Origin: Candidatus Binatia bacterium
Lineage (GTDB): Bacteria; Desulfobacterota; Binatia; HRBIN30
Assembly (NCBI GenBank): GCA_038245295.1
Contig: JBBRSP010000008.1
Coordinates: forward strand, 32,001-96,000
Direction of reading: 5' to 3'
Length of the DNA stretch: 64,000 nt
Shown here: positions 30,452-39,656 of the stretch, one piece after another
Layout of the letters: each line of letters begins with the position of its first letter
How positions within the stretch are numbered: position 1 is the stretch's first letter
Notes under the pieces: generated by a model
Databases searched by the model: none
Told to the model about the DNA's origin: nothing
What the model saw: the letters and a program-made list of their open reading frames with translations, nothing else
Program-made: the position numbers and the translations under genes

Positions 30452-30519
30452 TCAAATCACGCCGGTCGATCTATTCATCTGGGAACTGAGAGCTGCGTGC
30501 GCCCTCTCCCGGGTGCAAA

Positions 30520-30675
30520 GCGGCTTTGCACGTAAATTCGACGATCAACCAGCGCTCAGCTCACCGCAGGCTGAAGCCTGCGCCTACCACACTGAATACG
30601 CTGGTGAGTTGGAAACCGGTAGGCGCAGGCTTCAGCCTGCGGAGTCCTCCCACGCGAATTGCCGTGCAAAGCCGC
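30520..30675. mobile_element. 156-bp MITE-like element with 21-bp TIRs enclosing a GTAG REP doublet
   Basis: GCGGCTTTGCACGTAAATTCG vs CGAATTGCCGTGCAAAGCCGC (19/21 inverted match). REPs at 30564-30588 and 30618-30642; homologous copy at about 61378-61580. Confidence 0.7.
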
Positions 30676-30713
30676 GAGAGGGGAGGGCGCGCCGATAGGT
30701 CCAATCCGGGTTG

Positions 30714-31052
30714 CTAGCGCGCCAGCCCGATGGCGACCAGCAGCAGCGCCGTGATGACGAACTTGATGAAGGCGATGACCGCGCTGGCGATGAACCAGTT
30801 GCTCCATGAAAAGCTGCGGTTGTACGAGAGCGCCGCAAGGGTGCCCGGTACGATCATCAGATAGCTGAGGGTGATGCGACGAAAGTGACCGTGCGCCGGC
30901 TGTAGCCATACCGGACCGTCGATAAACACAAAGGCCAGCACGGACAGTGCGACCAGACCAAGGAACTGCGCCCGTGACAGGCTCAGCGCCGTCCAAATGC
31001 CTCGCGAGGGCAGCCCACCGATGAAAGCTGTTCGTTCCACGACAGCCGTCAA
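30714..31052 (-). CDS. Small hypothetical membrane protein
   Basis: Three hydrophobic segments in the 3' part of ORF 30714..31280; true start uncertain. Confidence 0.55.
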   Translation of the reverse strand: MTAVVERTAFIGGLPSRGIWTALSLSRAQFLGLVALSVLAFVFIDGPVWLQPAHGHFRRITLSYLMIVPGTLAALSYNRSFSWSNWFIASAVIAFIKFVITALLLVAIGLAR

Positions 31053-31199
31053 AGCGAGATCGGTGCCGCCCGTCGTCGCGCGCGCCTTGGCGCTGCAGTC
31101 GCCGGCCGCATTTGCAGGCGCCGGAAGCCTATCGGCAATCCTCGCAGGCCTGGGAACACACGGCGGTCGTGAGTCGGTGGATCTGCGCCATTCGGATTG

Positions 31200-31215
31200 T
31201 GGCACAGGGCTTGTA
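31200..31215 (+). promoter_or_regulatory. Sigma54 promoter of the oxidase operon
   Basis: TGGCAC-AGGGC-TTGTA vs consensus TGGCAC-N5-TTGCW, 85 bp upstream of GTG 31300. Confidence 0.65.
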
Positions 31216-31299
31216 ATGCCTCGTGGCGCGGGTGGTGAACGGATCCCGCCGACGAATGGGTCGGTGTGGGTGGGCCACACGAGAGGAGGCTGAACGACG

Positions 31300-32091
31300 G
31301 TGCGACAATTCTACTTGGTCCTGGCTGCACTCTTTGCCGGGTTTTGGATCGCTCCGGTGGCACACGCCGGCGATCAGTCGACGGCCCTGCGCGAGGAGGG
31401 GGCACAGATCTACGGACGCTATTGCGCCGGCTGCCACGGCATCAAAGGCGATAGCAAGGGCCCGGCGGCGGAGATGTTGATCGTCAAGCCGCGCGATTTC
31501 GGCAGAGGCATCTTCAAGTTCCGCTCGACCCCGACGGGGACGTTGCCGACCGACGAGGACCTCTACAAAGTGATCACGCGTGGCCTGTATCGCACGTCGA
31601 TGCCCGAGTGGGGCTTGTTGAGCGAACGCGAGCGTCTGGCGGTGATCAGCTATCTCAAGACCTTCTACCCCGAGTGGAACCAGCGCGGCGCCGGGACGCC
31701 GATCTACGTGCCGAATGCGCCGGCGAGTCTCGGAACACCCGAGGCCGTCCAACGCGGGCACGAGCTGTACACGATGCTGGGCTGCGATGGTTGCCATGGC
31801 GCGCAAGGGCGCGGCGACGGTACTTCCGCCGCCGACCTGCCTCTCGACGTGTGGGGCAACAAGCAACGCCCGTTCAACTTCACCAAGGGAAGATTGAAGA
31901 GCGGCTCGCGGCCCCAAGATATCTATCGCACGTTCATGACCGGGCTGGACGGGACGGCAATGCCTTCGTTTGCCGACATCTTCGGCGAGCCAGATGGGGA
32001 TTCGATTCGCGAAGGCGATGCGTGGAATCTCGTCTCGTTCGTTCAATCCCTACGCACCGCGGCCGTGGCGAACGCCGGTTCGCAAAACTGA
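31300..32091 (+). CDS. Periplasmic diheme c-type cytochrome
   Basis: Signal peptide; CAGCH and CDGCH, each followed by PRDF/PFNF..G and a distal (S/A)MP; RBS GAGGAGG. Confidence 0.9.
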   Translation: MRQFYLVLAALFAGFWIAPVAHAGDQSTALREEGAQIYGRYCAGCHGIKGDSKGPAAEMLIVKPRDFGRGIFKFRSTPTGTLPTDEDLYKVITRGLYRTSMPEWGLLSERERLAVISYLKTFYPEWNQRGAGTPIYVPNAPASLGTPEAVQRGHELYTMLGCDGCHGAQGRGDGTSAADLPLDVWGNKQRPFNFTKGRLKSGSRPQDIYRTFMTGLDGTAMPSFADIFGEPDGDSIREGDAWNLVSFVQSLRTAAVANAGSQN

Positions 32092-32103
32092 GGAGGAAGA
32101 GAC

Positions 32104-33495
32104 GTGGATGCTACTGCGGACGATCGTCCTTTCGTCAATCTGGATCTAGTACGCTGGCACCTCACCGCCAGCGCCTTCTTCATGCTGGTCTCGATTCTCG
32201 GTGGACTGGCTTATGCAATGCAGTTCAACAACCTCTACCCATTCAGCGGCATCGAGTGGTTGTCGCCGGGTCGCGTCCGCATGGTGCACACCAACATGGC
32301 CGCGTATGGCTTCATCGCCAACGCCTTCATGGCTGGTTTGCTGTTCGCCATTCCGCGTCTAACCAAGCAACCAATTCTCTCCGATAAACTGGGCTGGGTG
32401 ATCTGGGGCGCGTGGAACCTGATCATGGTGCTGACCATCGGTGGCCAGCTCCTCGGTTACGGCCAGGGCATCGAATGGGGCGAGACGCCGATCTTCGTTG
32501 ATCCACTCGTGCTCGTCGGTCTCGTTCTGCTGGTCGTCAACATGTCGGTGCCGATCTTTCGCAGCAAGGAGCCCGGGCTCTACGTGAGCCTATGGTACTT
32601 CCTGGCCGCCTTCGGTTGGACCGGTCTCGTCTACTTCATGGGCAACTACTTGCCCCAGTTCTGGGTGCCGGGAGCCGCCGGCGCGGCGATTACCGGATTG
32701 TTCATCCATGACCTGGTTGGACTCTTCATCACGCCGATCGGTTGGGGACTGATGTATTTCTTCGTGCCCATTCTGTTGCGTAAGCCGATCTGGAGTCATG
32801 CCCTGTCGCTCATCGGCTTCTGGGGGCTGGCGTTCTTCTATCCGATGCAGGGCGTGCATCACTTCTTGTACAGTCCGATTCCGATGTACGCGCAGTATGG
32901 CGCCGTGGTCGCGACGATCGCCGTTGAAATCGTCGTGTTCACCGTCATCGTCAATTTCTTCGGAACGTTGCACGGGCGCGCCGACGCGGTGCGCGGCAAC
33001 CTGGCGATTCGCTGGTTCTACACGGGCATGATCATGTACGCGATCACCTGCTTTCAGTGCGCCTTCCAGGTGACGCTGACGTTCCAGAAGGTCATCCACT
33101 TTACCGATTGGGTCGTCGGTCACGCCCATATGGTGATGTTCGGTGTGTTCGGCTTCTGGATCATGGGGTTCTTCATCGAGCTGTGGCCGCGCGCCGTGGG
33201 CCGGCCGTGGGCGAACCCGTCGCTGCTGACGGCGCACTATTGGTTTACGTTCATCGGCTTGATCGTCATGGTCATCGATCTCACCGCCGCCGGTCTGGTG
33301 CAGGGGTTCAGTTGGATGAGCCTCAGCCACTGGGGTGAGTCGGTGGTGGCCTCGATGCCATTCTGGTGGGCCCGGACCGTGGCCGGTGTGCTCATCGTCA
33401 TCGGCCAGAGCATCTTCCTCTATGCGTTGTGGATTACAGCACGAGCTCCGGCTCCCGTGCGACTGACCGACGCCGTGCGTGTGCAGGCCGCCTAG
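32104..33495 (+). CDS. ccoN: cbb3-type (C-family) heme-copper oxidase subunit I, divergent
   Basis: GRVRMVHTN, FIHDLVGLFITP, FYPMQGVHH, TDWVVGHAH: six His ligands and the helix-VII Tyr; about 12 TM. Confidence 0.85.
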   Translation: MDATADDRPFVNLDLVRWHLTASAFFMLVSILGGLAYAMQFNNLYPFSGIEWLSPGRVRMVHTNMAAYGFIANAFMAGLLFAIPRLTKQPILSDKLGWVIWGAWNLIMVLTIGGQLLGYGQGIEWGETPIFVDPLVLVGLVLLVVNMSVPIFRSKEPGLYVSLWYFLAAFGWTGLVYFMGNYLPQFWVPGAAGAAITGLFIHDLVGLFITPIGWGLMYFFVPILLRKPIWSHALSLIGFWGLAFFYPMQGVHHFLYSPIPMYAQYGAVVATIAVEIVVFTVIVNFFGTLHGRADAVRGNLAIRWFYTGMIMYAITCFQCAFQVTLTFQKVIHFTDWVVGHAHMVMFGVFGFWIMGFFIELWPRAVGRPWANPSLLTAHYWFTFIGLIVMVIDLTAAGLVQGFSWMSLSHWGESVVASMPFWWARTVAGVLIVIGQSIFLYALWITARAPAPVRLTDAVRVQAA

Positions 33496-33507
33496 GAGGC
33501 ATGAATC

Positions 33508-34146
33508 ATGGAAAGATTTGGTGCTGGGTTCCTGATCGCGGCGGTTGTCACGTTCCTGCTCGGTTTCTTCCTCCAGGGCATCATGCCGGTGATGACGTTG
33601 GGTAACCTGCCGCTCAAAACCATCGAGGAGATCGCGCAGGATGTGCCGCCCGAGTTCTATCAGTTGGCCGAAGACTATCCGGTCGAGTTCAAGCGCTCTT
33701 TCGGCGAGGCGAATCCGCAGTCGTTCGCCAAGGCGCTGAGGATCGGCAAGGAGAACTATATCGCCGAGGCGTGTTGGCACTGCCACTCGCAGTTCGTGCG
33801 TCCGGTGGCGCGCGAGGATTTGCGTTTCGGGCCGGTGTCGACGCCGGATGAGTATCAGAACCTGATGAATCTGCCGCACCTGTTCGGCACGCGTCGGGTT
33901 GGCCCCGATCTCATTCGCGAATCGGGCAAGCATTCAAACGACTGGCACATCGCCCACCTCTACGAGCCGCGCAACGTCGCCCCCTATTCGGTGATGCCGT
34001 CGTATCCCTGGTTCTTTGATGAACAGAAACGACCGACCGAACGCGCTCTCGGCCTGGTCGCCTATCTGCAGTGGCTCGGCAGTTGGCAGACGGATACCGC
34101 ACCGCCGTCGATCTACAACGAAGCGCAGATGGAGAAATCAAAATGA
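33508..34146 (+). CDS. ccoO: cbb3-type oxidase subunit II (monoheme)
   Basis: N-terminal TM, YIAEACWHCHSQFVRP, GTRRVGPDL, DWHIAHL, SVMPSY. Confidence 0.88.
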   Translation: MERFGAGFLIAAVVTFLLGFFLQGIMPVMTLGNLPLKTIEEIAQDVPPEFYQLAEDYPVEFKRSFGEANPQSFAKALRIGKENYIAEACWHCHSQFVRPVAREDLRFGPVSTPDEYQNLMNLPHLFGTRRVGPDLIRESGKHSNDWHIAHLYEPRNVAPYSVMPSYPWFFDEQKRPTERALGLVAYLQWLGSWQTDTAPPSIYNEAQMEKSK

Positions 34147-34499
34147 ACAACGTTCGACCCGTGCGAGGTCTGGACCCGCGTGACTCGGCATTGTCGACGC
34201 CGGGACGGCGCTGGGCGGTATTTGGTTTCGCCGCCGCCGTGATCGGCATCGCCGGCGGCGGCTTCTGTCTGAAAATGATCGGCTTTGCGACAACGATCTA
34301 CAAGGACGAGACGCCCGGCTTTGGTCTGGTGGCGATGACGCTTTATTTGATCGGCCTCTTGCCGGTGGTCTTCCTCACCTTGTGGGCTCTGTTCTCCGGC
34401 AAGTTCCAGGATGTCGAGTTGCCGAAGTATCGCTTGCTCGAGCTGCACGAAGAGTTCGAACGCAACCCCGGAATGAGGAGGAGCCATGTCGAACGCTAA
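34143..34499 (+). CDS. Small membrane protein with a CcoS/FixS-like C-terminal motif
   Basis: Two TM helices then WALFSGKFQDVELPKYRLL; ATGA-coupled to ccoO. Confidence 0.7.
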   Translation: MNNVRPVRGLDPRDSALSTPGRRWAVFGFAAAVIGIAGGGFCLKMIGFATTIYKDETPGFGLVAMTLYLIGLLPVVFLTLWALFSGKFQDVELPKYRLLELHEEFERNPGMRRSHVER

Positions 34500-34701
34500 A
34501 CACATGTTGCCGGCGCCAACGTCGCCCATTCTCGCCCCGCTCGGTGCTTCCGCCGCCGAGGCGTCGCGTCCCGATCAACTCCTCGAGGACGACAAGTATC
34601 ACGTCTACGAAGCCAACCCGGCCCCGTGGTGGGTCGGCCTCGTGTGGCTGTGTTTCTTCGTGTTCGGCGTGATCTATTTGAGCCTCAACCTGGGGTCGTA
34701 G
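34486..34701 (+). CDS. Stand-alone CcoP N-terminal (FixP_N)-like membrane peptide
   Basis: YEANPAPWWVGLVWLCFFVFGVIY resembles the 'EYDNPLPRWW..F..TI.F...Y' anchor of CcoP; RBS GAGGAG. Confidence 0.65.
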   Translation: MSNAKHMLPAPTSPILAPLGASAAEASRPDQLLEDDKYHVYEANPAPWWVGLVWLCFFVFGVIYLSLNLGS

Positions 34702-34748
34702 TCCAAGGGGAACGCGGGTACGTCGCCTCGGTGACTGCGATGAACCAG

Positions 34749-34978
34749 CCGTCCTGGCGAAGGCGGGGACCCAGTGTCGGAATCGAATCGCTGCGTGTTG
34801 CGTCGGTTCCATCACGGGGTTCCAGCTTTCGAGACTGTCGATTAACTGACAAACCCGGCTTCGACTGGCTCAGCCTGAGCGGTTGCTGCGTTGATCTTGC
34901 GGATATGTTTCCGCTCACCCTGAGCCCGTCGAAGGGTGAGCCTGCGTTTATCGACAGTCTCTTTCGCGGGACTGACGG
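34749..34978. repeat. CGTC-type REP doublet interrupted by a MITE
   Basis: ccgtcctggcgaaggcggggaccca ... gggttccagctttc|insert|(tttc)gcgggactgacgg. Confidence 0.65.
34831..34961. mobile_element. 131-bp MITE with 16-bp TIRs and a 4-bp TTTC target duplication
   Basis: GAGACTGTCGATTAAC / GTTTATCGACAGTCTC (15/16); TTTC at 34827-34830 and 34962-34965; internal cttcgac..ctcag..tgagcgg / ccgctca..ctgag..gtcgaag inverted pair. Confidence 0.8.
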
Positions 34979-34999
34979 TGACGCCACCGGGCCCTCCTG

Positions 35000-37192
35000 A
35001 TGCGAGCTTGCGCCCACTGTAACCTGCCGATCACCCGTGCCGCTGTGGCCGTCACGATCGACGCGACTCTGCAAGAGTTCTGCTGCTACGGCTGTGCCCT
35101 GGCGATGCAGATCACGCGCGCCTCGGGTGAAGGCGGCACTGCGTCGCTGATCCTGGTGCGTCTCGGCCTGGCGGTGTTCTTCACCATGAATCTGATGATG
35201 GTGACGATGCCAACCTACGCGCCCTATGTGTACGGGCTCGATGGTCGGGCCGACGGGCCGATGTTCGATCTGCTGCGCTGGCTCGGCGCGGCGCTCTCGG
35301 CTCCGGTGATCATTCTGCTCGGCGGACCGATTGTGCTGAGCGTCCGCCTGCAGGCGGGTGGGCGATGGAACACCGACCTGCTCGTCGCTGTCGGCGCCGC
35401 GGCGGCGTACGCGTTGTCGTTCGTCAACCTGTGGTCGGGTGCCGGACCGGTCTATTTCGACACCGCGGCGATGCTGCTCGTCTTCCTGACACTTGGGCGT
35501 TACCTCGAGGCACGCGCCAAGGCCGACGCTGGGACGCTCATCGACAAACACATCAAACCGACCCCGGACCTGGCGCGGCGGCTGTTGCCATTCGGCGAGG
35601 AGCAAGTTGATCCGCAACAACTGCGGGTCGGCGATCTCGTGTTGGTTGGGCCGGGCACGGCTTTCCCAACCGACGGCGAAATCGGTCAGGGGTGTGGCGG
35701 AGTTGATGAGTCGCAGCTCACCGGTGAGTCCTCGCCTGTCTTGAAGCAAATCGGCGACGCGGTCGCCGGCGGCACCTGCAGCGTCGACGGCGCGTTCCAT
35801 GTGCGCGTGACGCGCATCCTCGCCGATAGTACCGCGGCGCAGATCAGTCGACTGTTCCAGCAAGCGCGTGGTGAACGTGCGCCGATCGAGCGTCTTGCCG
35901 ATCGCGTATCCGGATGGATGACACCCCTGGTGCTGTTGTTGGCGGCGGGCAGCGGCGTTTACTGGGGCGTCCATCGCGACGTGCAAACCGGCTTGCTCAA
36001 CGCCCTCGCTGTGCTGGTTGTCGCTTGTCCCTGCGGTCTCGGCATTGCTGTGCCGGTGGCCCTCTGGAGTGGTCTGGGGCAGGCATTGCGGCGCGGCATC
36101 CTGCTGCGCTCCGCCGATCGATTGGAGCGGTTGTCGCAGGTTCAGCGCATCTTCTTCGACAAGACCGGCACGCTCACCGAATCGCGCCTGACCCTGCAGC
36201 GAGTCGAGCCGCTGAGCCAGCGCTGTCCGTCGGTCGATGCCGTCCTGCAATCCATCGCCTCGCTCGAAGATTGCGTCAGCCATCCTATCGCACGCGCCTT
36301 GAAAGCCGCGGCGGCGGAGCGCCAACTGCCGCTGTTGCCGGTCGAGGATCTGGTTGTCGAAGCCGGACGTGGCGTCAGCGGCCGAGTCGACACCCAGTGG
36401 CTCTCGGTCGGACGCGACGACTCTGGTGATCGTTCCGAGGACGGTCCCGTCGTGCTTCTGCGCGATTCGATCGGCCCGTTGGCAAGACTATCTTTGACGG
36501 AGACGGTTCGTCTCGAGACACCAGAGGTCGTGCGCCAGCTACGCGCCCTTGGCCTGGACTTGGCTCTCATGACCGGCGACCGCCAGGCGCGCGGCTTGTG
36601 TCCGGGGCTTTTCTCCGTCGACGAAACCCACATGCGCCTGATGCCGCAAGACAAACTCGAAATCCTGCGCCGTAGCGGCTCGCTCGGCACCGCCATGGTT
36701 GGCGACGGTGTGAACGACGCGCCGGCTCTCGGTCAGGCGAGTGTCGGCATCGCCGTGCAGGGGGCCAGTGATCTGACGCGTCTGGCAGCCGATGTGGTTG
36801 TCCTCGGCGACGACCTGCGACGCATCCCGTGGGCCATCGAACACGCGCGCCGGGTGATGCGCGTCTGTCGTCAGAATCTCATCTGGGTCTTCGCCTACAA
36901 CAGCATCGCCGTGGCACTCGCCGTGCTTGGCTGGCTCAACCCAGTCGTCGCATCGCTGGCCATGTTGGCGAACAGTCTGGCTGTCGTTCTCAATGCCCGT
37001 CGCTTGGGTGGCGCGCCCCATACACTTGACTCTACGGCAGGAGTCGCAGTCCAGCCGTTGCACCCCCAGGGAGCGCTACTCGCCCTGAGACCCCGACCGC
37101 AGACAACGCCGGCTTGGCGGGTCCATGAACTGAGCGCCCCCTCTCCCACCTCGAGCGGAATCTCAAAGCGTGGGAGTGGACAGGATAAATAG
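35000..37192 (+). CDS. ccoI: P1B-type copper ATPase, CcoI/FixI-like
   Basis: N-terminal CxxC..FCCxGC, TGES, CPC, DKTGT, HP, GDGVND and YN motifs; the C-terminal tail runs into repeat DNA. Confidence 0.85.
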   Translation: MRACAHCNLPITRAAVAVTIDATLQEFCCYGCALAMQITRASGEGGTASLILVRLGLAVFFTMNLMMVTMPTYAPYVYGLDGRADGPMFDLLRWLGAALSAPVIILLGGPIVLSVRLQAGGRWNTDLLVAVGAAAAYALSFVNLWSGAGPVYFDTAAMLLVFLTLGRYLEARAKADAGTLIDKHIKPTPDLARRLLPFGEEQVDPQQLRVGDLVLVGPGTAFPTDGEIGQGCGGVDESQLTGESSPVLKQIGDAVAGGTCSVDGAFHVRVTRILADSTAAQISRLFQQARGERAPIERLADRVSGWMTPLVLLLAAGSGVYWGVHRDVQTGLLNALAVLVVACPCGLGIAVPVALWSGLGQALRRGILLRSADRLERLSQVQRIFFDKTGTLTESRLTLQRVEPLSQRCPSVDAVLQSIASLEDCVSHPIARALKAAAAERQLPLLPVEDLVVEAGRGVSGRVDTQWLSVGRDDSGDRSEDGPVVLLRDSIGPLARLSLTETVRLETPEVVRQLRALGLDLALMTGDRQARGLCPGLFSVDETHMRLMPQDKLEILRRSGSLGTAMVGDGVNDAPALGQASVGIAVQGASDLTRLAADVVVLGDDLRRIPWAIEHARRVMRVCRQNLIWVFAYNSIAVALAVLGWLNPVVASLAMLANSLAVVLNARRLGGAPHTLDSTAGVAVQPLHPQGALLALRPRPQTTPAWRVHELSAPSPTSSGISKRGSGQDK

Positions 37193-37360
37193 GATGGAAC
37201 AGCGAACGCGCTCTTGTCGTGTTCATCCTGTATATCCTGTTAAATTGCGCGTCTTGCGACGAATTCGAACGTAAGTAGTAGTTCACGAAGAGAGAGAGTT
37301 GAACCCGGGATCTTCAGGCGGCTCAGCCCTTCGTGGTCTTCGTGCCCTTCGTGGTGAAAT
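37137..37360. repeat. Composite repeat cluster: CCCTCTCCC unit, CAGGAT 9-mer element, CTTCGTG 9-mer array
   Basis: 37137-37176 matches 21824; 37179-37282 matches 63153-63256 inverted and 40252-40332; cccttcgtg gtcttcgtg cccttcgtg at 37327-37353. Confidence 0.75.
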
Positions 37361-37673
37361 CTCTTCGGTGGCGACTGAACCAACGAGGCGGCCAGGGCAG
37401 ACGGCTGTAGTCGACGGCGAGCCGCTTGCTCCCTTTGATCGCCCTTGCTTCGAATGGAGCCTCGTGGAAATGCGCCGCCGCGCCTGAGCCGGGGCGATAG
37501 AGAGTGTTTCGCGCCCCCACGTGATGCGACTGCGCCAAAACTTTTGCTCCAGAGCCGATCCGCAACTTCGAGGTCGCGTAACCAAAGGTTCTGGCCCGGA
37601 AATCCTGGCCGACTTCCTCACGTTGAAGCCATCCGATGCGCGCGCGGCGATTGCGTTTGCGTCGGCGTCGGCG

Positions 37674-37740
37674 CCGCAGGCTTAGACTGCGGAGGGCGGT
37701 TGCGGATACGTCACCGTACCTGCGCCGAACAGTACTAAGC
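37674..37740. repeat. Collapsed copy of the 17418-17599 element (single hairpin plus right arm)
   Basis: ccgcaggcttagactgcggagggcggttgcggatacgtcaccgtacctgcgccgaacagtactaag. Confidence 0.7.
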
Positions 37741-38077
37741 ATCGAAATCGGTCCATTTTGACTGTCGATTTCAAAGAGTTCAGGATCTTGTATCGGTCCG
37801 ACCCCGACCAAGTGCCCCCTTCGCTGGGCACGCCGCTGATTGGACTCTGGGCAAGTCCAGACAATTAGAACGGTGGCACTTGCGCCCTCGGAAATGGGGG
37901 CATCCCCTGTTCAGCGCTTCGCGGAGATCAACAAGCCGTTCTCGCGAAGGCGGGGACCCAGGGGAGGCCCGGGATGCTTCCCGAAAACTGCCTGGTACCA
38001 ATCCCGGACTCAATCCTCACGATGATTCGCGTATCAACAACAACGGTGCTACCCGACGCAGCCGAGGAGGGATCACC

Positions 38078-39499
38078 GTGACGCAGCTCTGCGAACGCAC
38101 ACCGTGGACCCGGCGGCCAGGAAGGCTTGCGACGTCGATAGTGCTCGGCGCCGCCGTGCTCGGTTCCCTGTCGGCTCGGGGCTCCGCCTGCACAGGGAAT
38201 TGCGACGCAAGTTGCAGCGTGACCGTCGAAGAGATCATCTCCATGGTCAACATCGCCATTGGCACAGCGCCAATCGCGGCGTGCGCAGCCGGCGACGCAA
38301 ACGCTGATGGTGCAATCACGATCGAAGAGATCGTCGCCGCTGTGGGTGACGCGGTCGGCGGTGTGGCTTGTGAGTGTCAGACAAGGTGTGGCGATGGCCA
38401 GGTGAGCGGCACCGAGGAGTGCGACGACGGCGGCATTTGCATCGGGGGCGCCAACGCCGGGACTCACTGCACGCGCGAAGGAGACTGCTCGGGCAACGGG
38501 GTATGCACCGGCGGCGCCAAGCTCGGCACCTCTTGCGCCGCCGAGAGCGACTGCCCCGGCGCCGTCTGTCAGCGCTGCCGCCCGTTTGGTGGCGATAGCT
38601 GCGCCGCCAACTGCACGACAGAAGTGGAGATCCCGACGACGCTTGTACCGGGTGTCACAGCCGGACTCGGCATCAAGGACGGCACGTCGGGTGCAGTCAT
38701 CCATAGCGACGTTTTGACCACTGTACTGGAAATTGTGGGCTCACAAACGATCACCGCCGGTCATCCACGCAGCGACGACACAACGCTGGCTATCCCCTAC
38801 ATCATCAGAGCGGCCAGTGTGCTGATCCCGAAGATCGATCCGGGCTGCCTGTGCTGCGCTTGCGTGCGCGCGGTCGAGCTCAAGACGTGTGGAGGCACGC
38901 TGTTTGACGCCGACGGTGGTGCTACCGCAACGTGCACCGACAACTTCTTGCACCAGATGAATTGCGAGGCATTGGGCCTTCCGCCATGCACCGCGATCCA
39001 CGGCCCAGGGAACTCGGCCACGGGTTTAGTCAACTGTGGTAGCTCGGGTCTCGACGGGGTTGATGTTCAAGTCACCCAGGATGCTGAAGGCGAATCTGGC
39101 ATCGGTGGACCCGTCAAGATCAGCCTCAGTGGACATGGGCCGACGGGCTCGGCGCTTCTGCTCGATAGCACGGCCATCGGCATCCACGTCGGCAAGTGCG
39201 CACAAAACTATTGCGGCGCATCAGACCAACTCATTGAACGCGGTCAACCCGTGACGTCATTTTCAACAACGGGAACAGCCACGGGCATCGTGACCAATGC
39301 CAACGGACAAGACGGCGTCGACATCGTTAATCCCGTGACCGGCAGTCAGTATTTCGCGCAAGGCAGCCCGGCAAACTGCTCCGCTCTTCTTGCATCGCCG
39401 CCCAGCCTATCGGGCTACGCGACAGCCGGTGCATATCCCCTACTCGCCGCGCCGACGGTTGGCGACGTCGTCGTGACCTACAACTTAGTGACGCAATGA
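38078..39499 (+). CDS. Secreted Cys-rich protein with a dockerin-like domain and a Myxococcus-type Cys-rich repeat
   Basis: GTG after GAGGAGG; signal peptide; CTGNCDASCSVTVEEI..GDANADGAITIEEI; CGDGQVSGTEECDDG; duplicated CxGGAxxGTxCxxExDC. Confidence 0.8.
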   Translation: MTQLCERTPWTRRPGRLATSIVLGAAVLGSLSARGSACTGNCDASCSVTVEEIISMVNIAIGTAPIAACAAGDANADGAITIEEIVAAVGDAVGGVACECQTRCGDGQVSGTEECDDGGICIGGANAGTHCTREGDCSGNGVCTGGAKLGTSCAAESDCPGAVCQRCRPFGGDSCAANCTTEVEIPTTLVPGVTAGLGIKDGTSGAVIHSDVLTTVLEIVGSQTITAGHPRSDDTTLAIPYIIRAASVLIPKIDPGCLCCACVRAVELKTCGGTLFDADGGATATCTDNFLHQMNCEALGLPPCTAIHGPGNSATGLVNCGSSGLDGVDVQVTQDAEGESGIGGPVKISLSGHGPTGSALLLDSTAIGIHVGKCAQNYCGASDQLIERGQPVTSFSTTGTATGIVTNANGQDGVDIVNPVTGSQYFAQGSPANCSALLASPPSLSGYATAGAYPLLAAPTVGDVVVTYNLVTQ

Positions 39500-39656
39500 G
39501 AGGCGCGACTTCGGAGTTTAGCGAACCCGACGCTCATTCAAGCGAAAGTTGCAGCGTTCGAGCGGCTACCGCTGGAGTCGAGTCGGAGGGCGCAGGGTGA
39601 AGTGGCGGCATGAATGACGCCCACCTCCGCCCGGCGATAGTCGCTGAGCGGTGCGT

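Noticed and set aside
32104..33495. Nitric oxide reductase NorB
   Set aside because: No HLWVE-type Glu at His+4, the C-family Tyr is retained, and CcoO and CcoI-like copper genes are adjacent.
32590..36325. Long antisense ORFs (32590..33933, 34685..36325; similarly 14991..16148 and 7569..8846)
   Set aside because: Shadow frames of real high-GC genes on the opposite strand.
37360..37880. ORFs 37283..37621 and 37323..37811
   Set aside because: They cross repeat elements and have no protein-like features.
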